Positions 23,641 through 37,330 are shown, counted from the first letter of the stretch. The stretch: DNA of 64,000 nt from Lama glama (GCA_028534125.1 CM052817.1:436001-500000); one strand, 5' to 3'. Notes: generated by a model not told the origin, from the sequence alone. Translations and numbers: made by a program.

Positions 23641-25179
23641 CAGTTGCCCGGCCAGCGTCCCTCCGTGCAGGACCTCCCCGGACCCCCCGGCTGCCTCGAG
23701 GACCCCCGAGTCCCGGGTGGCTCAGAGGGTGCTGACCAGGTGTCGGGCAGTGTCCGCGTTAGGTCTGCTGCTCTGCTGGTAGGAGGCTGGTTCAGTCAGG
23801 AATCCCTTGGGGTGGCAGGGGCAGGCGTCCTTCTTGGGGTCAGGTCAGGGGTGCTCCCATGTTGGTGGCTGCGTTCAGGTCACCGGGAATGGCCACCTGG
23901 GCCCAGAGATTCCTCAGGTCCTCCTCGGGGCCACCTGTCCTGTTCCCTTCCCTGGGCCCCACCCCGATCTGGGGGTCTTGCCCTCCGTGGGGGAGGGGCC
24001 ACAACTGGACACTAACGTCCTGACATCCTGACCGTGGCCAATGGTCCTCCCCATAGATCTGGGAGGGTCTCATTGCTGTCTGGGGGCACAGCCCCCCTGG
24101 GGAGAGCCGAGCAGGGAAGAGGATGCCCCTGGACCCCACAGGGCCTGGCGGGGGGCTGCCCTGCACTCCTCTTGTTGAAGGTGGTCAGTCTCAGCTTTGC
24201 TGTGGTCTGAGTTGGGGGTGTTCCCTCCACCTGATCCACCACCCTTCACCCACCTGCCTCTGCCTTCTCTTCTCTGCGGGCCATGGAGTCACACGCAGAG
24301 GGAGCCCGGCCGCGGCCTGCTGCCGGGACTGGCCAGGGTCGGGGGTAAGCAGCCTCTCCCACTTCCCCACTGGGGACACCTGCAGGAGGCAGTGCTCTCT
24401 GGGGCCAGAGAGGCCAGGGCGGGTCCGACCCCTCCACTCCCTGGGCACGTCCCCTCAGGGCAGTGCCTCTCAGGGCCCCAGCTTCTCCTCCTCCTGGGCC
24501 ATGCCCTCCCCGGATGGGCGGGTGGTGCAGCCAGGGTGGGGGCAGTTTCGTGCTCAGTGACAGAAGGAACACGTTACTTCAAGAGAGAAATATGAACGAG
24601 GCCTGGAGATATGATCTGCAGCCCTGAAGGCAGAGGATGGTGAAAAGTCACCCCTGGGTCACAGAAGGAGGGTACGTGCCCAGGCAGGACACACCAGCCC
24701 AGGGGTAGTCACTGTGAGCACAGAAAAATCCGTGTGTTTGTCACCTACACGCCTCATCCAAGGAGAATTCCGGAAAAAGACCAGCGATGACTGCAAATCA
24801 GAACAGAGAACACAAGGTGATGTCCAGAGAGGCTGGGCGGGCAGGGAGTGGGGCGGGCGAGGAGGCCAGCACAGGTACTCCCTGTCACACTAACATGCGC
24901 GCCCGGTGAGCGCACGGACGGCAGGGAGTTGTAGACACATGTGCTCGAAAACACAGGGCTAAACTTAAAGCCACTGAAGTGTAAAACACGAGCTGATGGA
25001 CACACACACGGGAATCCCCATCTCTTCATAACTAGGTGTCGTGGCAACTGAAAAACACAAGCAGATGTGGGTGTGGATGCAGATCTCATGTTCCTCAGAG
25101 AGAAAATGTCGTGCTTTCCGAGGCAGCGACGTGGGCTCGCCCACACCTCAGTTAGCAGGAGAGGAGGCTAACCAGATGC

Positions 25180-26600
25180 TCTTATTATAATCTAACAAAA
25201 TTTCAAATAAATAGCAAAAAGCATCACAAACATACCCCCAATCTTAACCACTGAGGAGCTAAGCAAGTCGCTTCCTAGGTGGCCCTTAGGTAAAGCGGAA
25301 AGTCAGATCTGAACATGCAGGCTCTCTGGAAAGCCACGGTGTAAACACGCCCCAGCGGAGCCCAGGCGCCCAGACGCGCGGGGAGGGGCCGCAGTGAGGA
25401 CGCTGCGCCCGTCCCAGGGAATTAGAATGAGAGCAATCAGGTGCATTTTAAAAAGTAGAAAGAGGAAATTACGAAGATAAAACCAGAAATTCAGTAGAAA
25501 ACAAACAAGTGAAAAGGAGAAATGATAAAGCATTTTTTTACCTAAAAGCAAATAAAATGGAAACCGTTGGCCTTGCCCCAAAGCCTGATTGAGGAAGGAT
25601 GGCCTCAGTTAGAATTTGTGTATAAAATTTAGAAACCCACCTATAATTAGGAAGGAGAAAGGGGACCCGGGGACAGAAGATGCGGGGAGAGAGACACAGG
25701 AGCACAACCCGCAAGTCTGGGCGGCCGTCAGAGCCCGGAGCAGACGGGCAGCCCCCGGGATGCCCATTACCGCAGTGACCTAACATGGAACACGAGTGCG
25801 CAGACACAGGGACCCGGCAAGACGGCTCATGGTGCACCGACGGGGAAACATGTTCACAGCTGAGTATGAGCTCAGCCGAAGTTACAAGGAAAGTTAGTCC
25901 AGGGTTATTTTAACTTTTCCAAGACACATAAAAAGGTGGAAAAACGTACTTCACCTCAAGAAACCAGTGGAATCTGACACAAAACTCAATGTAGTGCAAA
26001 AAAAGAAAACTATAGGAAAATATCACTTACAAGCGAAGATGAGAAAAAACCCAAACAAGGGGCTAGCAAACAGAAGCCAGGACGCCTGCAAGACTGCGCA
26101 TCATGACCGGCCAAGGCCAGGCTCCCCGCGGCCCAACGAGTCACCCAAGCAACTGCGGGGACAAAGTAGCACACCCGTCAAACCAAATCAATAAACCCTG
26201 GAAAGAAAGGAGACAAAACTCGGCAACCGCTGTTACTAATAACACTAAACTAGAAGAAGAAAGTAAAGGCTGCCCACAGCGGAGGCTGAGACCGCTGCTA
26301 CGCGGGAAGCTCAAAACTGTCTGAAAAACGCAGGAGCGACCAGTGATCATCCCCTTTGTGGTCATTGAAGGTTTTCTTGGAGGTTCTAGCAAATGCAGTA
26401 AGATAAGAAAATCAAATGAGTGACAGCAACTTTAGAAATAGTAAAACTATGAGTGTGGAGAGGTTGTAAATCTACAGACTGCCCCGCATCCTAGTTCTAA
26501 AAATTAAAAATGGGTAAGAAAAATGATCCTAGACGAATACGCGAGAACGGGCGACTCCTGAAGTGACAGTCACCTACCAACGGGGATGGGGAGGTTCGGT
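25180..26600 (+). mobile_element. Very degraded L1 ORF2 fragments (L1ME-like)
   Basis: A-rich; aaagaaaactataggaaaatatcacttac...agatg...ctagcaaacagaagccag and ttggaggttctagcaaatgcagtaagataagaaaa resemble ORF2. Confidence 0.6.
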
Positions 26601-27139
26601 TCACAGCAGAGGCGACGGTGCGGTGTCGAGCAGCCCCCACCGTGGGGTGACAGGAAGGCCAAAGACATTCACAGCGCTCCTGCCTGCTGGCCGCTCCACG
26701 GCCCCACACCCAGACCCAGCTCCTTCCACACCCACCCCAGCCGGGGGCTGCGGCCTGGGCTGCAGAGTCCGGCCCGCAGGAGGCGAAGGGTGGGAGACAG
26801 CGGCTCCAGGAAGTGGCCCACGTCGCCCTGTCTGGTTCTTGTGGTCACCGCATGGCCAGGCCTCACTTGGCTGCAGGGGGCTGAGCGCAGCCCCGCCATG
26901 TGCGTGGTGAGAGCTCAGCGTCCCAGGCGGGGCTGGGCGTGGTAAGCAGTGGTCTCCTCACAGTGACAGAGGCTCCACAGGCAGAGCCACACATTCTGCA
27001 GAGCAAAGGCCTGAGCAGGTGGAAGGACTCAGCTCTGGGAGGGCTTAGACCCCGACACAGCAGGTGCACACGCTTCCTGCAACAGTCACTGTGGAGGCAC
27101 ATGAGGTGCATGTGAAGGGCAGGAGCCAAGGGGCAGGGC

Positions 27140-27290
27140 CCCCAGTCCAGATCCTGGCCCTGCCTGTCGCCAGCCATGTGGCCCTGGGTGGTGACTTAGC
27201 ATCGGCCTTGGGTCCCACACCTGCCTAGTGGGGGCTGTAGGGTGAGAGAGTTAACGTGCAACGTGAGAAGCATGAAATGCCAGCTCACCT
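27140..27290 (+). mobile_element. MIR fragment
   Basis: atcctggccctgcc...ccagccatgtggccctgggtggtgactta resembles the MIR core. Confidence 0.5.
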
Positions 27291-28444
27291 TGGTGGTGGT
27301 GTTTGCACAACTTGGAACCACGGACATCCCATCCGTGTGCTGTTGACCCGGCGAGTAAGTCATCTGATGCCCAGAAGAGAGCTGGAGTCGGCTTCTGGAA
27401 TGTGTGAGAAGTTCTTGACTGACAGAGCCAGGTTTACAGTTGATGGGGAAAACGGCGGCTTGATTACGTCACAAATAAACAACATCTTGGTGATGGAGCA
27501 GATCACCTCCAGCAGCAGCTGGGGGGGCCACGGCGATGAGCGCAGGGGCCTGCCCCCGGGCGAGGGGCCGTGGCCCCAGGAGGAGGTCTGGCCTCAGAAC
27601 GAGCAGCCTGGGGCCCAGGTCCTGAAGGAGAGGTTCTGGGCGGGTATTGGCTTGGCACCCAGGATCTGTCTAGCTCCCCGTGACATAGCGTCAGTCTGCG
27701 GAGAATGTGTAAACCATGAGCTAACTGCTCAGGGAATGTGGTTCCTGCTGGCAGCCCCGAGGCTAGCAGCTGTTCCCCATCAGGGCGGCGCGGCCCGCCT
27801 GGCACCGGCTGCCCCTTGTCTTTCATCAGGAAAGCCCGAGGCCGCAGCTGCAGGCCAGGTGTGGGTTCCCCGTCCATCACTGCCCCTGCCTGAGACCGGC
27901 TCCAAAGGGCAGCCTTGTGGGGAGGACAGAGAGGGGACACCAGCAGAGCAGGTGTGGCGGGGAGCATGGAGGAGGGGGAGGGGAGCGGGGGGGAGAACAG
28001 GAGGGGCTGAGGGGAGCAGCAAGGTGGGGTGGGGTGGAGGAGCCCTCCTCCCCTCCCCCTCCTCCCTGGGCTGACGCCTGCTCTGTGAGTAGGGGGTTAC
28101 CCTCCACCCCACTGGCGTTCCTTCCGGCCTGCAGTGTGAGGAGGACCCTTCCTGCCTGGGTGTTTCCCCTGGACAGGGGTGTGGGGTCCTCCAGGGAGCC
28201 AGGCCTACGTCCACCATCCAAGGAGCGCAGGGCCGGCCCCACAAAGCCACGTGGGAGGCTCCACCATGGGAAGAAGGGCAGAGGGTTGGCACAGCCTCCC
28301 GGAGAAGCGCCCTCCCCGGCGGGCAGTCTGCGGGGCGGGCCGCCACGCTGGGGACCCAGCACAGCCTCCACCTTGCTGGTGCTGCCACCTTGGCGTGGGC
28401 CCCAGGGACAGATGGACGGAGGACACTGGCGCTTCTCAAAGCAG

Positions 28445-29095
28445 GGGCTTTACTGAGATGTAACGCACACGACCTGAATTCTCCCTTTGAAAGTGTGCGA
28501 TCGGGTGGCTTGTAGTTTACTTGCAAGTTCCTACGATAGTCACCTCTCTCTGGTTCCGGAACATTTCCATCTCTCCCAGAAGAAATCCGCACGGCGTCTT
28601 CCGCGGCACGCAGTGTTTTCAGGTTTCATCCAAATCCACGCAGGAGCCAGGACAGGCCTCCTTTTCAGGGCTGACCAGTGTTCTGGGGCGGCTGGACCAC
28701 ACTGGGTTCGTCTGTCGATGACGTTGGGCTGGCTCCGCGTTTCAGCTACTGTGAACGCTGCCGTGAGCACCTGTGCGTGGATTTTTGTGTGGACAGTTCC
28801 GGACCCCGGGTTTACGCTGAGGAGTGGGACTGCTGGCCGCGTGGTGACTGTCTCACATTTGGGCGTGCGGACCTCGGCCCCCGCAGCGCCCTGCCAGCTC
28901 TTGTTAGCAGCTGCTTGCGGCTGTCCAGGTGGGTGTGAAGCCCGGTCTCACCTGGATTTGCTTCCCTGCTGCCCCGTGAGTGTTGGGGTTAGGCGTGTGC
29001 CCGCCGGCCGTCTGTATGAATTACTAGGAAACCGTGCACGCGAGTCTTTGCTCGCCCGTTCTCTCTTTCAGCTGTTTCTTTTGACTGTTGGCTTC
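28445..29095 (-). mobile_element. L1MB/L1ME-like 3' end, GC-shifted
   Basis: tttactgagatgtaacgcacac...ttccggaacatttccatctctccc...aggtttcatcca...aggagtgggactgctgg. Confidence 0.7.
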
Positions 29096-31902
29096 TAGGT
29101 CATAGCGCTCGGTTTTTAAGTGCCTCCCGGGTGATGACAAACATCGCCTCTGCCCTTGGCCAGAAACAGTCACGTGAACCTCCACCCCCTTGCTGGGGGC
29201 CCCTGGTATATTTGAGGGGCGTCGACCGTCTTTGCCACAGGTCCTTGGGGTAAAAACCCGAGGGGGTGGCCTGGCGCTGTTAGCCCTACCCGCCCGCCCC
29301 GGTGGAGCTGCTGCCTCTTGCGCACCTCCGTCCCCTGCGCCGAGGCCCCGCTCCCCTGGGCGTGGGAGAGCCTGCTGACACCCGGGAGAGGCAGGGTCCT
29401 CACGGCTCCTTCCCTATAGACTTTTCTTGGCTCTTCTTACATGATTTTGCAACATTGATCTTCTATCCAACTCACCTTATAGAGAAATTCTTGGTGCTTT
29501 AATTGGCTAGCACCACATTTAAATGAACTCAGGATGAAATGACGCCCCTGGGTGCTGGCCTCCCCCTTGGGCAGAACGTGCCCTTCCAAGGTGCCACGTG
29601 GCCACTGGCCACCTTTCGGGGTTTTCCCTGTGGATCTGGTGAGCAAAGTTCCTGCTTAGACAATGTACGATCTTTATTGCTGTTGTCAGTGATGCATTCT
29701 CCTCAGCATCTTTTCATTGGAAGCTGCTTGAATTTGAAAAATGCCAAGTTCTGGACATAAATGTTGTGCACAACTGCCCTCCTGAATTCACCTGTGTCTT
29801 CTGACTGTTCTGGCCATTCATGGGCTCACAGCCAGTCACAGTGGGGTCTATGTTCTGGGTTACTTCTGGGGCTCCTGGCAGGGAGGCAAGGCCCATCTCT
29901 GGCTGAGGTGGGAGACCCCACCGGGCCCTCGCCACCGTTCCCAGTGTGGCCCAGCTGAGCTCAGGCGTGGTTCGGGGGCACGTGGACAGGACTCAGTGGA
30001 GGACTGGGGCACCTAGGTGCCAGGGCGTGGCTCTGAAGGTGCCTGAGTTGGCATCACCCGGGGGGCCTCCAAGCTGGGGCCTCTTCCCAGCAGCCCCCGA
30101 GGCAACACTGCTGATCCCGCTTCTCAGTCCATGTTCTCCTGAGAGCTGCGCCGTGGGGAGTGGGCCTGGCCCTTGGGGGCCCTGGATGGGCATCAGGCTT
30201 TAGGGTCACAAACAGCAGCCCAGTACCCACCATCCCAGGGCCCCATCCACACCTGCTGGGCTCACCCTGCCTGGCCAGGCCTCCTGAAGTGTTTACCTGC
30301 TGGGACAGTGGCCATGGGAGGTTGGGGTCACCTGGATGCCTCCCCGATAAGTGGCCCGGCTGCCCACCGCCCAGGCCCCGACGTGACACCCCTAGCACCA
30401 GGCCCTGCCTCTGCCCCTCTGGCTGTGGGAATTCCATCCCCAAGAAGGCCAGTGCCCAGACCGTGGCCTCTGTGGCAGGGGCCTGGCCCCCTCTGGCCCC
30501 TCCAGGGCCGTCTGAGAACCTCCCCGCAAGTGCTCAGCCAATGCCCACCTCTCCCGGGAGTGCAGGGAGCCCGGGCAGCTGCCCCTCCCTGCTGGTCACA
30601 CAGCCAGACCTGCTGGGCACAAGGACTGCTTTTCCCTCAGCAACTTCCAGGATCTTCCATTTGCTAAAACACTCACTGCTTTTATTGGAAAGCTGGCCCC
30701 CAGCCCTGAGTGTGGGCCACAGCCCCTGGCCTACCCCCACCTGGTCACAGGCCCCCAGGGCAGCTGCAGGGAATGGTGTGCTGGACAGACAGCAATGGCC
30801 CTTGGGGGCAGTGACCACCCACTGCTCAGATGGGGACACTGAGGCTGGAAGCCTGGAGACTCACGGTGTCGGGGGTGGATGCAGGATCTCCAAATCCCCA
30901 GAGCAGAATGGAGATGGACTTTCTCTCCTCAGCCTGGCTTCCCTAAGAGCCAGGCCTAGCCCCACCACGGGGACCTCCTCTGCCTGCCCCCGCCTGCCCA
31001 GCTCCCCTCCTCCTCCCTGTGCCTGGGTGGGAGGGGCAGGACTAACTCCGGTCTGGACCCAGCTCTGCGCTGCCCTGGCAGGAGGCCCGCAGGAGGAGGA
31101 GCTGGGAGGGGCCCCTTCCTGGGGCAGGGCCATGGGGTGGGGGCAGGGCTGCTCAAGAGTGATGGGGCTGTTGTGGGGTTAGGGGGCTGCCTAGGGCCGA
31201 GCAGGAGGTACAAGGCCAGTGAGGGAAGCTGCCCGGGTCCCGGGAGACTCAAAGTTTCCAGAGGACAATGCATTTCACCCTCAAGGGCAGAAAGGAATAG
31301 GTCTATCCGCCCCCACCTCCAGGGCGGAGGGGCTCCGGGCTCCAGGCGCCAAGCCAGCCCCCGACCCTGCTGTTTCCTCCAAGGCAAATCTCAGTTTCTG
31401 GACGCAGCTGCCCTGCGCCGAAGGCCCTGGTCCATGACAGCGGGCAGGGAGCCTGCCGGGGCTGCCGGGGGACCGGGGGGCACACCAGCCTCTCCATCTG
31501 GGCCTGCCCCGGCCTCCATCCCGGGCAGACTGCAAGTGCTCATGGGCACGGGGCAAGGAGAGTCTCATCTGAGCCTGGGCTCCGGGTCTGGGTGGGACAG
31601 GCTCCCGGAGGCAGTGTGCATGGGGGCTGGGGAACCTGGGGGCAGGCTCCCGGGTGAAGAGGACGTCCTGCTCCGGGAATTAAGGCCAAGGTCCTGGGGC
31701 CGACCCTCCAGTGGAAAGTTGGTAAACATGTACGTGAACAAACACAGCCAGTGAGGAAACCGGATGAAAGTCCAGTCCCTTCATCTGCAAAGAGTCCTGC
31801 AAGTCGGGAAGAAGGAGCAGCCACAGTTTCCCAACTAGAAAGTAAGCAAAGATGACCCTAGGACGCGGAGACCTGGCCGGTCTGCAGCCTCTCTGGTGCC
31901 AG

Positions 31903-31943
31903 ACACACACACGCACGCACACACACACACACACACACACACA
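31903..31943. repeat. (CA)n microsatellite, interrupted
   Basis: Read directly from the sequence. Confidence 0.95.
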
Positions 31944-33529
31944 GCGAGCCAGAGGTACGGTCTCTCACTGCTGCGGCGGCAAGAATTGTGAAGTCTGGTG
32001 ACTCCCAGGGTCTGGGTGGCTCTCGGGGGTGTATAATGGCCAGCTGGGGAATGCCTCCCCAGATTACATGGCTGTGTGTCTTGGATTAGCTGTTCCACAC
32101 CTGGGAATCCACTCTGCAAGACTGTTCCCCCAGGACAATGCCCCAAGGACAAGGCACAGGCTGCAGTGTTTGCGACAGCAGGAGGTGGGAAGGGCTGAGG
32201 AGGGGCCAGGGGAATTAACAGTGACTTGTCTCCCCTGGAGCCCCACACAGACGTCACCAGGGGCATTGATGAGTTAAAAAAAAGAGCAGAGTCCACAGCC
32301 CCTGCGGAAGGGAAGAGGCAGGGTGGCTTCAGTGCTCTGGGGAGAGGGGCCCTGGAAGCTCCAGCAGCTGTGGGCGGGGCCCCGCACCCGCACCCCGTCT
32401 TTCTGCTCCTCTAGAGATGCTTCCCAGCTGTCGAGTGATGCAGCCAGAGTCGTCTTTTAATCCCCTCTGGCCACTGTTGGAGGTGGACTGTGGGGGCAGC
32501 CGGCGGGTCTGGGGAAAGACTAGGAGCAGAGGTGGACTTGCACCTGGGCCTCGGTGCTTCGGGCCCGAGAATGGAGGGCCAGGGACGGGGACTAGGAGGA
32601 ACACTGGCCGTGCTGACGCGTCCCTGCCAGGGCTGCTGGGCGAGGTAGGTGGCCAGGGCCCCATGCTGTGCACCAGGGGAGAGGCCTGCAGGGCGGCCCG
32701 GGAGTGGAGCTGGTCACGGGGGCCTGAGGTCCTCTGCCGGGTGCTGGGCGGCGGCCCAGAGGACCAGATGTTTTCCTTTAGAAGGGGAGCCCGGCTGCTT
32801 GGGGCAGGCTGACCGGAGGGGCCATGCAGCTGCCCCTTCTCAATGCTTCTCCCCGATGCTGCTTTTACTGGAAAATCAGTTTTGCAAATCCAGCTGGGCC
32901 CTGGCCCAGAGCAACTGGGGGTGGTGTGGCCGGTGCTCTGGCAGATGCAGACGTGATGCCTCTTCCCGCCTCCTCTGAGCCTCTTCTGGGCCCAAAGAGG
33001 AGGAGGCAGAGCAAAACCATCCCCATGGTTCTGAGTCTCCTGATAGTGGGCAGAGGGCTGAGGGCAGCCACCGTTGGGGTCCTCAAAGGACCAAAGACGG
33101 GGCAGCCTTGATGGAAGTGGGGTGGCTGGACATCCGGGCCTGCAGCGGGTCACAGTCCGACCTCGGCCCTGGACTCCTGCGCCAGGGATCCTCTTTGTTC
33201 TGGACCACCAGTGGGAGGTGCCCTGCCCCTCCATCACCCCGGACCTTCCTCGGATGGAGCCGGCCATGGGGCCGCGCCAATCTGCGCGGGACGGCTTGTG
33301 CTTTCGCAGCTCTGACGTGTAAGAAGCCCACACCCCCGCCCACTGGGAGGAGTGGCCCTCCAAAAGGGGCGGCCCTCTCCCGGGACTGGGCAGGCTTACG
33401 CGCAGGCGCCAGACCAGCTTCTCGACTGCAGGCCCCATCTCTGTCTCTGTCATCGCACCTGCTTTTTAATGTGCCTTAAAGTTTCATAATCCCGAATCCA
33501 CAGACCCTTGTTATTCCACATACATGTGG

Positions 33530-33960
33530 AGATAAGAGTTTGCTGACCATGAACCATTGGAATCCTGACTGGGGTGCAGTGAACCTCCGTGTTAATCTGC
33601 AGAGTTAACCCACTCCTCGCCGGACACCAGCGTGCTGGTCCGGAGGGCCGAGTGTCCACCCCTGAGGTTCACTCTGGAGTCAGTGCAGGTCGCAGTCGGT
33701 GTCTTGAGAAAATTCATGAAGACGGTGGACCTGCCCGTGCTCCTGTCTGAGGACCATTCCTTGCCCTGCTCTCCGTGGGCCTCGGGCTGCCTGCAGCGCT
33801 GTGGGTGGGAAGCTTGATCTCGTGGTTTGCGACTGGGTTTTCTGTACCAATGGCTGTCGGCAGCTGTCAGCAGGTTGGTCTCCTCCCTCCCAATGTCCAG
33901 ACCGCTCACCTCAAGCTCCTCCTTATAGCCATGGCTGTGCCCCCGGTCTAAACTCTGTGA
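33530..33960 (-). mobile_element. Degraded L1 ORF2 fragment, GC-shifted
   Basis: ggaatcctgactggggtgcagtgaacctccgtgttaatctg and ctcctccctcccaatgtcc resemble antisense ORF2. Confidence 0.45.
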
Positions 33961-35129
33961 CCTTGGCTTCCCAGAGGGACATGCCAGCTGCGAGGGCAGG
34001 ACTTGCCCAGGGTCCCGGGCAGTGAGGGGTGCTGTGTGGAGGTGCTGCCCTGGGTGCTGAGCGGGGCTCCGGCCTCCCCTGTCAGAATGGGGTTCCACCG
34101 CCCTCTTCTGCAGCCCCCACCTCCTTCCAGCCTGCGCCCAAGACCCTTGGAGTCGCCTCCACTGCCCCCTCCTGCAGCACCCGGACCCTGGTACCAGCAA
34201 AGCCAACAGTTGTTTTTGCCAAATGCAGCCAGAACCCACCCCTCCCCACTGAGGTCCACCACCTCCGGGCTCGCCAGGTCTCTTGGCTGCTGGGGGGCCA
34301 GGCAGGGCAGGACAGAGGCTTCTCTGGTTGCTGGGGGTGGGGGATGAGGGGCTCCTGCCCAGGGTAGGGGCCTGTGGGGGATCCGGAGGACCAGGTGCGG
34401 GGCTCGGGAGCCTTGGGATCCTGACTTGGGATCTGGAGCCAATGTGGGCTGCTCCATGAGGCAGTGACATGTCACAGAGGCCATCTGTGGAGTCAGCCTT
34501 GAGACCACAGGCCACTGGCCACACCTGCCAATGACTTCTGCAGGAGCTGGGGGACAGAAGCCAGGCGTGCAGGGCATTCCGATGGGGTGCTGTCCAGCAG
34601 CCCCCCAAAACCAGATACCGGATCAGGAGGCATGGGGCTAGCATAAAGGAGACAGGAGAGTTACTCTTTAAAGATGGTGGGGGGGTCAGGGGCCTCAGAG
34701 CGAGTGCCGGGGAGGGGCCGTGAGGCCCGGAACTGGCCACTGGTCAGAGCAGGAGAAGGCCAGGGAGGGGGCTCCCCAGGGCGAGCCCCGCACCCAGGGG
34801 GGCAGTGCCATCCTAGCTGTCACCCTTGCGAGGTGGTCTGCAGTGGGCACCAGTCCTGAGCCTCACCCCAGCGGTTGTGCTGGGGTCTGGGACTCTGTCC
34901 CACCTGCTTGCAGAGTGGCCATGCCTGTTTGCCCAAGGAGCCCCAGCGAGCCTTCCCAACCCCCATCCCAGGGTGCTGCGCTCAGGCCCCTCTGGGGACA
35001 GGAGACTCTAAAGGAAAAGCAGTTCCACAGAGGTTCCATCCAGCTGGAAGGGGAGCCTGAGGAGGGGGTCCTGGGGCCCCTGGGGCCCTGCTCACTGCCT
35101 CATGCCCCAGCCTCAGCGTCAGTCAGGGT

Positions 35130-35610
35130 GCAGCTGAGAGGAGGGTTGTTTCAGACACATGAGATTTTATAAGTCGGCTCCCCAAGCCCATTCTCAGGAA
35201 GCTACTGCAGGATGTGCTTCAGCAAAATGAGGGTGAAAACCCATGAAGAAGGAGTTATGGGGTCAGAAAATATGGCTACCAACACAGGGAGGTCCCAGGG
35301 CCAACGTGTGCCTCCCGTCTGGGGAAACGGCCCAGGTTCACTGCACCATTCAGGTCCTCACCAGACAAACAGCATCCCCACACCCGGCACTCAGCAGAGC
35401 ACAAAACAAAGTGCGCTCTCCTGAAGCTCAGGCTTCTGCAAAGGACATGAGAGCAGAAACGGCTCAAGTTAAAGCGTGGTTCCAGCTCTGACTTGTAAGG
35501 AGCCCAAATCACTCCTGTCCCGGCAACAAGGAAGATTCAACAGCTTCTCCTCGGCCTGTCCCAGAACCGAGGCCATGAGGCAAACCAGCGCCCTGAAATC
35601 TAGGGGACAG
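35130..35610 (+). mobile_element. HAL1-like fragment
   Basis: ttctcaggaagctactgcaggatgtgcttcagcaaaatgaggg matches the recalled HAL1 motif. Confidence 0.6.
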
Positions 35611-36364
35611 GTGACAACAGCATCCCGGCCAGGAGCAGCTCCCCTGAGGCCATGGTGGTGGGAGCACACTGCAGGAAGCCTCCACTGGCGACTGTGGGGA
35701 CTTGTGGGGGCCAGCCGGACAGCGTGGAGCCAGGGCCCCGGGAAATAAAGCCTCTCCAGCCATCACTGGACCCCTCCACCCACGACCGCCACAGAGCGGC
35801 TGCCCCCGCGCAGGCTCTGCGCACATCCCGGGCCCGGCTCCTTCCCTCCCGCCCTGTCGTGCGGGGCCCCGTGTCTGTGAAAACGGACTAGTCCAGTCCA
35901 GCGCTGATGGACAGGGAAGTCCCTGTTTGGGTCGTTATGATGAAGCGGCTGTCAAGACCCCCGATGACACTCACTCCCTGCACGTCTGCATTTCTGTTGG
36001 GGTAAGCAGGGTGGGGGTGCTGGGAACCGGGTGACAACTGGACCCCAGGGAACAGACTCCAGGGCCAGTGTCCACACGCGGCTGCCTCACCACGGAGGCA
36101 CCGAGTGGTGGCGGGGGGTGTCCACGGGCACCCAGAGCCTGGGCGGACGACCTTCACAACTGTCCTCAGTGGAGTCACAGCGGCAGCTCTGGTGCCAGTT
36201 TCACCCAGTGTGGGCCCAGCCGGGAGCCATGCCAGCCACCTCCCCGGTGGCTGAGGAATGAAGGCCTTGGTCCTGAGGGCGGACCCGGGTGCCTGGTCTG
36301 CACGCAGCCGCCAACCCCGCTGCACGTGCACTTGCTGCAGGGGCCACCCCCATGGGTGCACACG

Positions 36365-37025
36365 CTCCGCGATGATTCTGTATCGTCTTTTTTCTTTCAG
36401 AATTGATGTATCAGAGGTGATGTAATCTCGTAAGAATCAGAGTTGATGTAGTCTCATAAGATGACTGGAACCTGTGTGCTTTCTGCCCTCTGGAGTCTGC
36501 GGGAAATTAGTCTCTTTCTTTCAGTGTCCGTGAGGATTGTAACCATTGAAGCCAACTGTAATTCTCTTTGAGGAGTTTTTTTTAAGTTCAGTTTCTCAAA
36601 GTTACAGAGCAATTCAGACCTATTACTTTGTATCTGTTTTACCACGTGTGGTTTCTTTCATTTCTTCTGAATTCTCATGAGACGGTGGTTCATCCCGTTC
36701 TCTGTCACGTCAGTGACCTTGGGAGCTGTAACAACCTCTCTGTCTTACTTTCATTTATCCGACTTTTATCAATTTTATTAACTTTTAAAGAACCAACTGT
36801 TGAACTTAATACTCTACTGTGTTTGTTCCATTTGACTAGTTCCACTCGTACATTTATCATTTACCTCCATCTGTGATTTAAAATTTTACCGTTTTTCTAG
36901 TTGCTTAAGATACATATAGATTTAGCCTAATGTCAAGCCTTCATTCTTTTCTAAACTTGGCACTTAAGCCTGCAGCCTACCATCGTCCAGTCTCCATGTG
37001 CTGTACTTTCACTGTCATGCGGATT
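36365..37025 (-). mobile_element. Degraded L1 ORF2 fragment with an internal 26-bp tandem duplication (36410-36461)
   Basis: AT-rich antisense L1 text (ttttatcaattttattaacttttaaagaaccaact). Confidence 0.6.
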
Positions 37026-37039
37026 CTGGAGGGAGAGTG

Positions 37040-37330
37040 AGCGGAGACAACTGAAGTCAGAACAGCCGAGACTTTCCAGGATTAAGTAAAGACATGAAGT
37101 GGACGGAGTTCTGGAAGCACAGAGAAAGGCAGAACCGCAGGCGGACCCGAGCCTGAAGGAGGGCGGCCGGGGAGGCGGCAACGGGACCGACGCCGCATGA
37201 AGTCGGAGAACAGCTCCACGCCTGGAACCGTGCCCGGCCCCACACCCAGGCAGGATGTGGCAACATCGGGGCATTTTCTCCAGAAGTTTCCCGTAAGCAG
37301 GTTTCTGGAGGCTGTGCTCTTCACAGTGGT
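37040..37330 (+). mobile_element. HAL1 / L1 ORF1-like fragment
   Basis: gagactttccaggattaagtaaagacatgaa and tttctggaggctgtgctc. Confidence 0.4.

Noticed and set aside
32329..34740. Two long minus-strand ORFs (374 and 382 aa)
   Set aside because: Composition is typical of random GC-rich DNA, there are no domains, and one overlaps degraded L1.
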